From: Seminavis robusta
Lineage: Eukaryota
Reading direction: 5' to 3'
Length of the DNA: 24,951 bases
NCBI GenBank assembly: GCA_903772945.1
Contig: CAICTM010000053.1
Location: 124,001 to 148,951 of the forward strand
Below, piece after piece: positions 10,613 to 21,200 of the stretch (position 1 is its first letter; the number at the start of each line of letters is the position of its first letter). A model generated the notes under the pieces. The model ran no database searches, was not told the origin of the DNA, and saw nothing but the letters and a program-made list of their open reading frames with translations. Both the position numbers and the translations under genes were made by a program.

Positions 10613-12239
10613 TACAGGCAGTATAGTATGATATGACACGACACCACACGACAAAATGTTCGCAGCACACACACACACAAGATGACATAGCCTTACTTGG
10701 TATCACTACTATAACTCATTCATATGCTTTCGGTATAGTATAGTACCAATGGTAGTTCCTGCTTCTGCGAACTTCAGTACTACAATGTAACGCTGTTTGT
10801 AATCAAGTTTTGGTTTGATAAGAGAGCTCCTTGCTGTTGGTGGCTTTGGACCTACCGGTAGATCACTCGCTCGGCTACTTCAGCCGTAGCAACCTTTCTC
10901 CTGGTAGCAACGAATCTACAATGCTTGGAGAAAAGTAGGTTCCAAGCGGCCATGTATTGAGTCGGCTGCATGTACCGGTATTCTTGCTCAATAGAGAAGA
11001 GGTGCGTGCTACCGGTATGGAGGGAATATACCGGTACATTACCGATTGTTCACTTTGGCTTGTTCGGTTCCATCCACCTGGATTGCTTTGGCTGGCCATT
11101 CTTGTGTAGTATATACTATTTCTCCGTGCCTTGAAACATCGCAACAATCGCTGTCGTCCTCTTCAGACAGTAGGGAGTACAAATACTCACTTGGAGGCTC
11201 AACGACTAGGCACCATCAGGCATCTATCAGGAACGCATCAGTAATATGCAAGCAGAGTTGCGGATTCTGGACAATCCAAGGGTTGCGCCTCCCTCAGACC
11301 GATCCATCCACAGGTAACCCTTGAACAGGGAACGATACGATAGCGAAGCACAGCTGAAGACTTGGCCGATTTGCTCTACTAGCAAGGCCTATATACCGAT
11401 AGAATACGGTATGTCCCGGGGCTCGGCTAACCAAACTATACATCTTCATCTAGCCAATGACAAACAGTTACTAAGAAGGCTGCATGTGAAGACCAACTTC
11501 CAGCCGTCTCAACGGGTCGAAATATCTTGACTCTAGGGGATCCAACTGTCACAGGACTCGACTGTCCTCCGTGGAGCTAGCACTCCTGAGAGTCTGCCAT
11601 CCGTGCACAAACTAAAGCTCATCCATCTCCACTTTCTGATAAGAATATTGTCTAAACGAGGACGCTTGAACACGTACCGGTTGCCTCTTTTTGAACGTCC
11701 ACTAAGGTACATCTTTCTGTTATGTTTCTTTCTCTGGTCGAAACCAACTGACTGGCTAATGGGCTAATGCTATATACAAAAGATCTACATGGAAGTAAAG
11801 ATAAGGTATTCCGTGTGATCCTTTTACTCACTAGTGTCCGTTTCCACGCAGTCTCCTTCCAAAGGGTTCTGATCTCGTCGAACAAAACCTGATGTTTTTG
11901 AAAGCAGTTCCAGTTTTTCATTGCTTGGCAAACTCTGAGATGGCAACATCGCAGACTTCACCGCTGGCCTTCTGGATGCAAAGGTTGGAGGGGTGTCCCA
12001 ACTGACCGTAGCTCACAGTGATTAATCATTCGATTCATCATTCTCAATTTTTTGGCATTGATTTACAGTGTATGCACACCGTGGGCAAGGGAGCCCCGGC
12101 TTACACGTGGAAGATGTCGCATTGTGCGTCAGAGCTGCTGTCAGAGCTGCTTCCGAGAAAATCCAACATGCAAAACGGAGTGATGCAGAATGAAGAGCCG
12201 AAGAGGAGAGCATCATCTCATCTAACCTAACTATTGACC

Positions 12240-14741
12240 ATGACCATGCTAGCGGCTCCCAAAACAGCCATGAGGCCCCGCACCTGCAGAACGACACCAT
12301 TCTTGATGGCGCCAATTTCCTGTTTCATTCTTGTGAACGTTTGGTTGCGCCCATCTTCTGCGTTTGTGTCGCGACCTCCACTTCCGAAGTTGGGACTTGT
12401 CAGGAGATTGGACGGCATTACGACGTCTCTACACGCTCGACGCAAAAAGCCCAACACCAATATTCGTCCGGGAGGAGATAGTGGAAATGATGTCGAAGAA
12501 GGTGAAGTGGGAAAGGGTCCCAACTGGATTGAACGATCCTTTCCCGTAGACGTGGGTGGTGTTGACAGTGATGGCTCCTCTGCCAGCGAGTTGAAAAAGG
12601 TGGAAGATTACAACATAGGAATCAGTGGAGTGTCCTTCCAAACGGGAAGCTTGAGTGAGCGTAAGTAGTTTTGTTATCATTCGAAGAGAAAACGCAATTG
12701 GGGATATCTTTTGGATTCGGAACTAATAAATTCGGCATGGTATGAACGGCAGGCATGTTTGATGCTATCATGACCAAGTCACAATTCGCGGCCAATCCAG
12801 ATGCAGAAATTCGCCGAGCATTTATGTTGTATGCCATGGACTTTACAGCCAAAGAAGCCACCAAGGCGGCCCTCAAACAGAACGGTTTGGAAATTGCATT
12901 GCAAGAAGACGAAGAAGATGAAGGCATGTGGGGAGACATGGATAGCATTCGATTATTAGACGACAATGGAGTGCCTCTGCCAGGGATGATTTACCAATCC
13001 ACAGAAGATGCAATTGACCAAGGGGGATGGCAGCCAGGACAGGCGTTTGACTTTGTCGTGAGGCAGGTCCCCTCCAAGGTCCGAGAACTCTCTCTAGACG
13101 AGCTGTTGCAAGCATTGGATCCTGAAGGGAAACTACGAGAAGAAGCCAAAGCCAATAACATGACATTGCCCGATGAAGAGATTCAAACTTTAGGAGACCT
13201 GGCCAATGACAGTATCCGTCGAACCGAGAACGCACCCAGGGGCGCCACCACCGAAGAACAAGCCTTTGCGGGAATTCCTGGCAAGCGGGGATACAGACCC
13301 ATCCCCATTGGTGATTTGTTGGCACCCTTATCAGACGATGGAACTGAGAATCAGTATAGTAAGTCTCGTGCGTCTTTTTCATTTGGAAGTTGCAGTTCAG
13401 TCCTCTTGCCAACCATAGCCATTCGTTTTCTGCCTGATGAAACCATTGCCCCGATCTAATCAAAACTTTGAAACATGACATACTCACCTTGCCAGCGATG
13501 ATGCATGTCAGTAAGTCTAAGTTATCTATTTGTGAGAGCCGTTCCCGGATGAAGTTGCATTTCAGTGCTCTGACAATCACATTCAATCGCTTTGCTTGAC
13601 AATACTATTGCATCACTCCGATGCATGGATAAAAACTTCAAAACTTGACAACTCACAATGACCAGTGAATTCGTTTGTGGCACATGGAGCCCTATTGTTG
13701 GACGTGTCAGATGGAGGAAAGAATTTGGATAAGGCACAACAATTGGCAGATATGTGGAAGGCCATTGAACAGTTTTATGATCAAGTTGACAAGTCTTCCA
13801 CCGACTTGCCGCCAATGCAAACAGCCATGGAAACAGGTTCACAAACGGCCAAAGTAGGCTATGCTAGTTACGACAATGATTCTTTGCAGTTCTTAGAAAC
13901 ACGTCGGGATCGAACATCCGGAGCACTCTTACCAGAAGAGGCCAATGCCATTCTGGGAGAAGCCGCAGTCAAGGCACTAGATGAAGCATTTGCCTTGGTT
14001 ACTGGGGCAGGCAAGGTCGCCGTCAGGATAGCTGTGGCCGCAAGCAGTTTGGAACGAAGCGATGCATTTCTGGACGACCCTGCCGCAGCATCGAAGGCTG
14101 CGGGACTTATGGCAGAGGAATTGCTAGACGATGGAACCCCTGATGGAAGTGGCACTGAGTTTCCTGTCTGCATGAGCCCTCACCGGCTTTGCCGGTACTC
14201 CAACAATGTGAAGCAACAAGCTACAGTTGATGAGAACGAGAATGATGAATCAAATCTACAGTCTTCATCCAGGGAAGTCTTTGGGGCGCATGTTGATTCT
14301 ACTTGGGTAACCATTGTCCCGGTTGCCTCGGTCAGTGGGCTCGAGGTCTTTGATGAAGAACAAGAAGAATGGTACCGACCAGAGCTGGCGGCACGTCAAC
14401 ACTGGAAAGACCTGCAAAGTCAACGAGGATTGGATCCTGAGGCTCTTTTCGACCCGGATTCATCCCTGCCGTGGCACTCTCGGTATGTCGTTCTAATGCC
14501 AGGTGAGTTGCTGCAATTGGCCACTCGCAACGAAGTTCCCGCAGCTGTGCACCGCGTGGTAGCCACGCAAGACAGCCCGTCACGGCTCAGTGCTCCCATT
14601 TTGTTGAGATGTCGACCGGGCGTGAAAATGGACGTAAACAGGTACTTGGGAGGTGCAGGAGGATACCCCTTGCTGGAGAGCGTCGATGGGATGACCATTG
14701 AACAAATCCACGAAGGCTTACAACCAACCTACTTTCAATAG
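12240..14741 (+). CDS. Plastid-targeted protein with C-terminal 2OG-Fe(II) oxygenase (IPNS-like) domain, 4 exons, about 705 aa
   Basis: Exons are 12240-12660, 12753-13358, 13496-13510 and 13666-14741, all with GTAAGT donors and CAG acceptors, totalling 2118 nt in frame. Motifs are FGAHVDSTWVTIVP (HxD, 14289-14297), GLEV, PGELLQ, AAVHRVV (distal His, 14550) and RLSAP (RxS). A hydrophobic signal is followed by PSSA/FVSRP (ASAFAP-like). The start codon is uncertain (12240, 12246 or 12306). Confidence 0.85.
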
Positions 14742-14891
14742 CGTGGACTATGCAGCAATAATGATTGTGAGTAGCTCTACTACCCTAGTAGGCCCTTGTC
14801 AATTCATTCAAAAAACCTTCTGAAGTACCACAGTGATATGGATACCGGTAGACTAAGCTTAGATTACTCCACTTTGCGCGAACCTTGCTTG

Positions 14892-16511
14892 TTAAATTCC
14901 TGGAACCACCCTTCTGATGTACCATAGTTGAATGTCTCTCAGGCGCCTAAAGTCATGTGTGTAGATTGGATCCAGGAACTCGGCATGATCCACATCTTTG
15001 TATGCCTGGGTCACCTCCTCCACTGCATTCTTGCCGTGCTTTTCCACAGCCCCTCTCCACATTTCGCCATCCGGAAACCAAGACCACGTCCAAGAGGATG
15101 GTGGTGGCACTTGTCCGTAGATGTGAATCCATTTGTAAAGGTTTCCCCCCAAGAGTGAGAACTCTCGAATGCGTTTGGATTCGCGATGTCGTTGTGCTTT
15201 GGCGAATTCTAAAACGTGCCACCAACGATGCTCCCTGATCTCAACGGGCAGAACCATTGGCAAACTGGGTGACATTGTCCACTCCAGTGTTTTCCATGTG
15301 GTCTGAAAGGGATCCCAGATACCCAAGACGAATTCAAAAAAGGGATCACCGTGTCCAAATCCAAAGTTGGATTTTTTGTGGAGTGACCAATCACAGGGCT
15401 GAATGGACGGATGACTGCCGATCCACAATTCGTCGGCATACCTGTTGACTCCGTAGTTGTCTGGGACAAAGTTGAAGAGATCCATTTCGAAACGATGCTC
15501 AAGATGCATTAAAAGGGCATCTTTCACAACTTCTGTGGACCGTTTTCCAAATTCGAGTGGGGGCAATAGGCGGGAAACATAATCGCACTGAGCAGTCCAA
15601 ATGTTACCCGGCATGAACAGCCCTCGTTCGGCAATGAAATAAAGACCACAAAGGTTGCACTGCTCTGGACTGGTCCCATTGTTGAAAATTGAGGGTATCT
15701 CTGGGGTTGGCGGATTGAGGCATTGTTCAGTAGTGACAGCGTAGGTCATTAGTCGCCTCCATTGCTCGTTGATTGGGTTTTCATGAAAGCTTCCTTTGTT
15801 GTGCAAGTACACTACTCTTCTTGTGTCCAATCCGGCTGCACCTTCCTCGGATGCTTGTGGCTGTTGACAAAAGTCGTGCACATTTTCGAGAGTCTTCGTC
15901 TCCATGCCTTCATCATAGTGCTGTAAGTGTATGCAGTCCAGATTGTAGAGCCCATTGGGTCCACAGAAGGTATCCATATATTCATCGGTAACGATATTCG
16001 GAACTCCCAGTGTATTGTAGTATAGTTTAGCAGGCTGCAGAGGGTCTGCAGCAGCATAGGAAATGCCGATCTGATGCATCTGTTCGTCAATGATGCGTAA
16101 TGCATTGGCTTGTGGGTCATCTTGGTAATCTCCAAACATAAAGGAGCCGCTTGGTTCCTCCTTTTCGGGAACATAAATGTGATAGAAGAGGGCAAAGTCG
16201 GCTTGATTCTTTTGATTGTGAGAAGTTGTGGGTGCTGCCCTATCAGTCACTTTGGCCGTCCTCATTCGATATCGAAAGAAAACTGGCATCATATACTTTG
16301 CACAAAAGTAGAGTTGCATCACGAAGATGGCTGCTACTAGAATGCAAACTCGACGTCTCGTATTGGTAAGGGGCCCCACGCGAAAACGGAGAGGAAGCTT
16401 GCCCAACAATCCACCTCCGTGAAGGTGGCGGCGACGTCGACCAAAAAGAGGATCCAACCATGGTTGCTTGAATTTCATGCGGCCTCCTGGGCTACCGATA
16501 TTGGGCGCCAT
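14892..16511 (-). CDS. Uncharacterised type II membrane protein with 'YLHNKG' motif (possibly glycosyltransferase-like), about 539 aa
   Basis: Long intact ORF whose first ATG is at 16511 (the track starts at an upstream TTG). A basic cytosolic N-terminus is followed by one TM segment (VCILVAAIFVMQLYFCA). The Cys/Trp-rich lumenal part carries FYHIY, VVYLHNKGSFH, CNLCG, PGNIWTAQCDYV, RYADELWIGSHP and YGQVPPPSSWTWSWFPDG. Confidence 0.85.
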   Translation of the reverse strand: MAPNIGSPGGRMKFKQPWLDPLFGRRRRHLHGGGLLGKLPLRFRVGPLTNTRRRVCILVAAIFVMQLYFCAKYMMPVFFRYRMRTAKVTDRAAPTTSHNQKNQADFALFYHIYVPEKEEPSGSFMFGDYQDDPQANALRIIDEQMHQIGISYAAADPLQPAKLYYNTLGVPNIVTDEYMDTFCGPNGLYNLDCIHLQHYDEGMETKTLENVHDFCQQPQASEEGAAGLDTRRVVYLHNKGSFHENPINEQWRRLMTYAVTTEQCLNPPTPEIPSIFNNGTSPEQCNLCGLYFIAERGLFMPGNIWTAQCDYVSRLLPPLEFGKRSTEVVKDALLMHLEHRFEMDLFNFVPDNYGVNRYADELWIGSHPSIQPCDWSLHKKSNFGFGHGDPFFEFVLGIWDPFQTTWKTLEWTMSPSLPMVLPVEIREHRWWHVLEFAKAQRHRESKRIREFSLLGGNLYKWIHIYGQVPPPSSWTWSWFPDGEMWRGAVEKHGKNAVEEVTQAYKDVDHAEFLDPIYTHDFRRLRDIQLWYIRRVVPGI

Positions 16512-16696
16512 TGCTGCGCACTCAAACTGTCCTAACAAGAGAGGATCAAAAAGTTGACGCAAAAGTACTGGTACGGTCGTAACTGGCAACTCTTCGGCGA
16601 AAGGAAAGAGAACGATCGCCAAGAAAAAGTGACAGTGCTTTTCGAAGTTGACCTCCCCCCGCTGCCTTTAGAAAAGTTGATTTGAGACGTTGGTGG

Positions 16697-16704
16697 TGAC
16701 GTCA
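16697..16704. promoter_or_regulatory. TGACGTCA (CRE/aureo-box-like bZIP site) upstream of the YLHNKG gene
   Basis: Perfect palindromic TGACGTCA about 190 bp upstream of ATG 16511. This is a motif match only. Confidence 0.25.
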
Positions 16705-16834
16705 AATAAGTAAAGCAAATTGGAGCATTTAATAGTCGCGGGTCGCCTTTCTTGTTACTTATTACTATGATACGGTAGTATAAATTGTCTACAATATTGG
16801 ATGATTAATTTTGTATTTTCGTCGCCATTCGGTT

Positions 16835-17029
16835 AGTCCCAGATGACGACTTTTTTCAATTTTTAATCGCGTCGTCATTTCGTGAGTCCCAGATGACGAC
16901 TTTTTTCGATTTTTAATCGCGTCGTCATTTCGTGAGTCCCAGATGACGACTTTTTTCGATTTTTAATCGCGTCGTCATTTCGTGAGTCCCAGGTGACGAC
17001 TTTTTTCGATTTTTAATCGCGTCGTCATT
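16835..17029. repeat. Tandem repeat, 50-bp unit, about 3.9 copies, internally palindromic
   Basis: The unit AGTCCCAGATGACGACTTTTTTCGATTTTTAATCGCGTCGTCATTTCGTG starts at 16835, 16885, 16935 and 16985. Copies 1 and 4 each carry a single substitution. Confidence 0.97.
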
Positions 17030-18203
17030 CTGGTTCCAACTTTGGTGTTGTCGCCATTCTACACGATGGTATCCACCATGACGCGATGGTCGGCAGATGA
17101 CGGCAACACCTATGCCGAGGGCACACCAGAGCCGGATTTTCGAGGAGGACGTTGTTTGGGCTATTATCTTCCTGCGGAATAGCCGTGGCAAACAAGAAAA
17201 ATCGAAGGAAAAAGAAGAGCCGACTTCAACAGCTGACCGAGCCAGGAAAATGGCCAAGGACGATAATTCCAAGGAATGAGAGAAGCATCGGAAGGCGTTG
17301 GAGAGAATGGAGAAGGGCCTGGTCAAGTGAAATGAGCGAATCAGCAAGTTATCAGATCCAAAAATCGAAAAGGAAAACTCGATCGTGCCACGCTCACAGC
17401 TCACAACACAACTCATTTCGCTACGACGGATATATAGTCGACCATGACGAACAACAACAAAGACGAAAGCAAAGACGCAAACGGCTTGCCGCTACGGTAC
17501 CACCGATCCGACGGTTGCATGTGATAGAGGCGCCATTGTGGAAGTGTTGTTTCGGTCATTGTCGAGGAGAGGAAAGAAAAGAGCATAGCTTTGGCTGTTT
17601 CGGTTGGCTGAATTTATGGAACTGACTGCTTCGACTGACTGACTGACTGGAGAGGATCGACGGATCGACACCTTGTTTCGTGCGTCGAGTCGGAGAGGTT
17701 CCGACTGTTGGTTCTCTCTCAACCTTCCGCTTGCCAACAACAAGTTGACCAGCAACAAGTCCACTTTTCCATCTTCTGGTGAAACAAATAGCCCATGAGA
17801 ATGTGGAAAAATGGTCTTTGCGCATTCATTCCCACAAACCATAACACATAATAGTATGTATGCACGGGTTGACAACACACACAGTGTTTTGGAGGCATGC
17901 GGCATAGGTCTAGTGATCCCTTATGGCCTCCAACAGCAAAGACGAAGAAAATTTCCAGCCAAGACCGTTGCCGGGGCAGCGGAGCAATGGCGGGAGGTTG
18001 TTGGTCTTCTTTGGCACTGATCGATGGCCATATTGATAGCAACGCCTCCTCTAGACTATGATATCTACCTACTCGGCATGTACTTGCGTTTGCATGGGCG
18101 ATCGTTTCTAGAATACCGGTAGCAGCAGGCCAGCACACTATTAGCTATAAATTCACGTAGACAAGAAGCCGTAGCAACGAAGGATTAGATCTTTATCAAC
18201 GGA

Positions 18204-21200
18204 CTACGCTCCGAACTGGTTCTGGAAGGCATCAGCAGCCAAGAAATTCATCTGGACAAATGGGTTCCCCTCCGTCGTTTGGTTCTGCCTTCTACAAAGA
18301 CCAGCCACGCTCGGCTCCAGACAAGTCCGTCTTTTTCGTAGCACAGGCTCGAGATCTACGCCCACCGAAGCAACCGTCGCGATGTACAAGAGCTTGCCTT
18401 TGATCCGAACAGGACGGGAGAAGGGCCGTAGCGCAGACGCGTCTCCCAATTCTCTTTCCAACGCCACCATCGCCTGCAACATTTGACAAGCAGCCCAGGC
18501 CTTCACCTCAGGCAGGCACGCTCCCTGAGCGACAAGCCTTCCGATCGATACCTCCAAGAAGAAGACTGATGTCTGCTCCTGCAGCACTTCAGTTTGACTC
18601 AGTGGATAGAACAAGTCTTCGAAACTGCCGGTTTTGATCAAGGCATTGGCCCTTTGAAGTTCCTTCAACATAGTAGCCGTGGTTGATCTGGTGGCATTGC
18701 GAGCAAAGTTCTCTCCACTGCAAGGGGCCAGCACGGCAATGGTGCCACGCGAAATGACAGTGTCCTTGGCAGCGTCGCTGGCGGTAGTTGCTTCTTCGCG
18801 TAGATTGAAAATGGCATGTTCCCACGACCGAAGCATTTCTGCAAAGAAATAGGACAAAACATCCTGGCATGCGTCTCCGATGCTTCCACCCTCGTCAACT
18901 GCAAGCACAAGACCGCCAGTGTTCAACCCTATGCACATGGCACGAGCAAGGAGCAATGCCCAGCCTCCACCACCAATGAATCCCACTGAAGCGCCGTAGA
19001 TCTGGCGTCGGAAGGCCCACAACTTGAGCAGACGAAGGGCTCCTTCGAAGACGACGACGACAGCGTTCCCACGTTCCTGGGCCCTGAGCTCGTTCAAAAT
19101 TTGTCGGCTGTCTTCAATGCTGTCACTCGCCGCCGACCCCATCAGGGGCTCTCCGTTGGCATCTCTCAGATTCAATACAAGATCGACGGAGGGCGCCTGA
19201 GGGCAAACTTTCACAGTGAGGAACTGAATGGCCGTGCCATTGGCTCCCGCGATGCGCAATCGGATCTTCGCGTTTTTGTGGATTGATTGCAAACGAGCTG
19301 CGACGAGCTGCCAAAAGGCACTGCCGCTGAGATTCGGCAAGCCAGAAGCAACACCGGCACGAGGTGCCACATCGACGACGGCATCGATATCCGAGATCGT
19401 GGGCAAAGATGCGTGGAAGTTACAGGAACCGTACTTGCGGAGGCTGGCTTCCAACTGGCGGCCGGACATCTCACGAATACAGTCCCGGCAAACGCGTTCG
19501 ATGGTGGAGAAAAAGGGCGTCGAGCTTTTCAAGTAATACGAAGAGAGAGACGCCCCAGCATCATTCATGAACTCACGGGGTGGACAAGCCTGAAGATTCC
19601 GGGGCTTCCTCTCCAACGGAACAGTCGCCACGGCGTAGAATTTGCGGTCGCGTGGGTCGCGTTGGTAAATGACAACTGCCTCTGCCGGCACAGAGCGGGT
19701 GCCTTGGAACCAGAGACCCTCCGAAACCCAGCCGTTCGCTTGGTTCCGGGCCTCAGCTTCCGTTCCATACTTGCCCAAGGTCACGTGCGGAGTCCAACCA
19801 TCGACAAAGCGACTTTCTTGTTCATCACAGAGGGGAAACACAGCGCGAAGGGATTGATACAGAGACTCAAGCCATTTGCATCCCGCTTTGGCCACCAAAG
19901 AAGCAGACGACCGATGCTCGAAGACAGTCAAAGAATCCTTATCAAACGGGATTTCACATTGTTGTGTGGCTTCCAGAAACCTTTCAACGGCATCGGTCAC
20001 AGCCTTCGTCGCGAGCTCGCGGCTTTCCATTGAGAGCAGCTCCGCAAACCCGTTCAATAGTGTGATGTGAGGCACTGGAAGACTCGATTCGGTGTCGAAC
20101 AGAGGCATGTCGGGCTGGCTCAATGTGACAGCTAGAAGTGTATCAGTCGACGGCAACACAGTCCCAGCCCAGCCATTATGCCCAGCAAGACAACGACGAT
20201 CTCTTCTTGCAAGCGCCTTCGTTTGCCAACCGAACGAGACGGAGAGCCCATAGTGGTCGGATGGCGGGGGGACGCCCTCAATGCCGGATTCGGCCCCGAG
20301 CAGCTTTCCGTCGGAAGGATTCAACATGGGCGCATTCCCACGACACCCAACCAACACTCTGTCGATCCTGCGCTTGCCTCTAACGGAATGCCTTGCTCGT
20401 TCATTTTCATCGGGATCGTAGGTGAATCCGTCACGGCCGTTGCTTACGAGAGGCCAGGAATCGACCAGGAAACCCCTTTGATTCTTCCAAATGAACCCGC
20501 CTTCCTCAAGCTCTTGCACCGCTGCATCCGAATTGAAATCCCCCAATACGATGGGAACAACAGCGCGGGCGGGCGACGACGCTAGTTGTTGTTCTACCGA
20601 CTGGAGCTTTGCGGCGATGGCATTGAGTTCTCGTCGTCGCGCAGTTGCGCGTGAAAGGCGCACTTCGTCTGCTCCGGTGGCGTCGCATGGCAGATGAACG
20701 CAAGCGCAGACGAACACCGCCGTGGGATCTTGGACGCTTTGAAGGCACGAAACCACAGCTCGTTTGCGCGGTCCATCGGAAAGCACCGAGACACCCAAAG
20801 CGGGGGAAAACGCTTTCAGCGAGTCCCGCCTCCACAAGAGCAAGTTACCAAAAGGCTCAACACAACTTGTGGCTCCAGGCGCGACAGAGACAGCATATTC
20901 CTCGCGCACCCAAGAAGCCCCGCACAGAAGCTCCACAAACTCTGGTGTGACTTCTTGGAGGGCGATTAAGTCAGCCTTGGCTGCCCCCAGGATCACGATT
21001 GCCAGTGCCCAACGTTCGTTCGCGTTGTCACCGTCGAACAGCCGAGTTTCTTTGAATTCATCAAAGAGGACGTTCCAAGCCACACAGGTCAGATTCCGTT
21101 CTGGTCCACTATTTGGCGCGACTTTTGATTTCTCAAAGCCACCAGCAGTCCACGAAGATTCGTCGCCTGAGAATGTGAACCAACTTTCGTTGGACCACAC

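Noticed and set aside
10875..11990. Short ORFs in the 10.9-12 kb intergenic region as a gene or pseudogene
   Set aside because: I found no recognisable motifs or consistent splice structure. Decayed sequence is possible but unsupported.
12873..13586. 237-aa minus-strand ORF
   Set aside because: It is antisense to exon 2 and the introns of the oxygenase gene and has no protein-like motifs.
16835..17029. CRISPR array interpretation of the palindromic repeats
   Set aside because: The units are contiguous and near-identical with no unique spacers, there are no cas genes, and the context is eukaryotic.
18204..19500. Calling the 1171-aa gene the canonical nuclear poly(A) polymerase
   Set aside because: The PAP-like part is divergent and fused behind MJ1316, EEP and 2H domains, which is not the canonical PAP architecture.
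19287..20033. 248-aa plus-strand ORF inside the RNA-repair gene
   Set aside because: It is an antisense shadow expected in GC-rich coding DNA.
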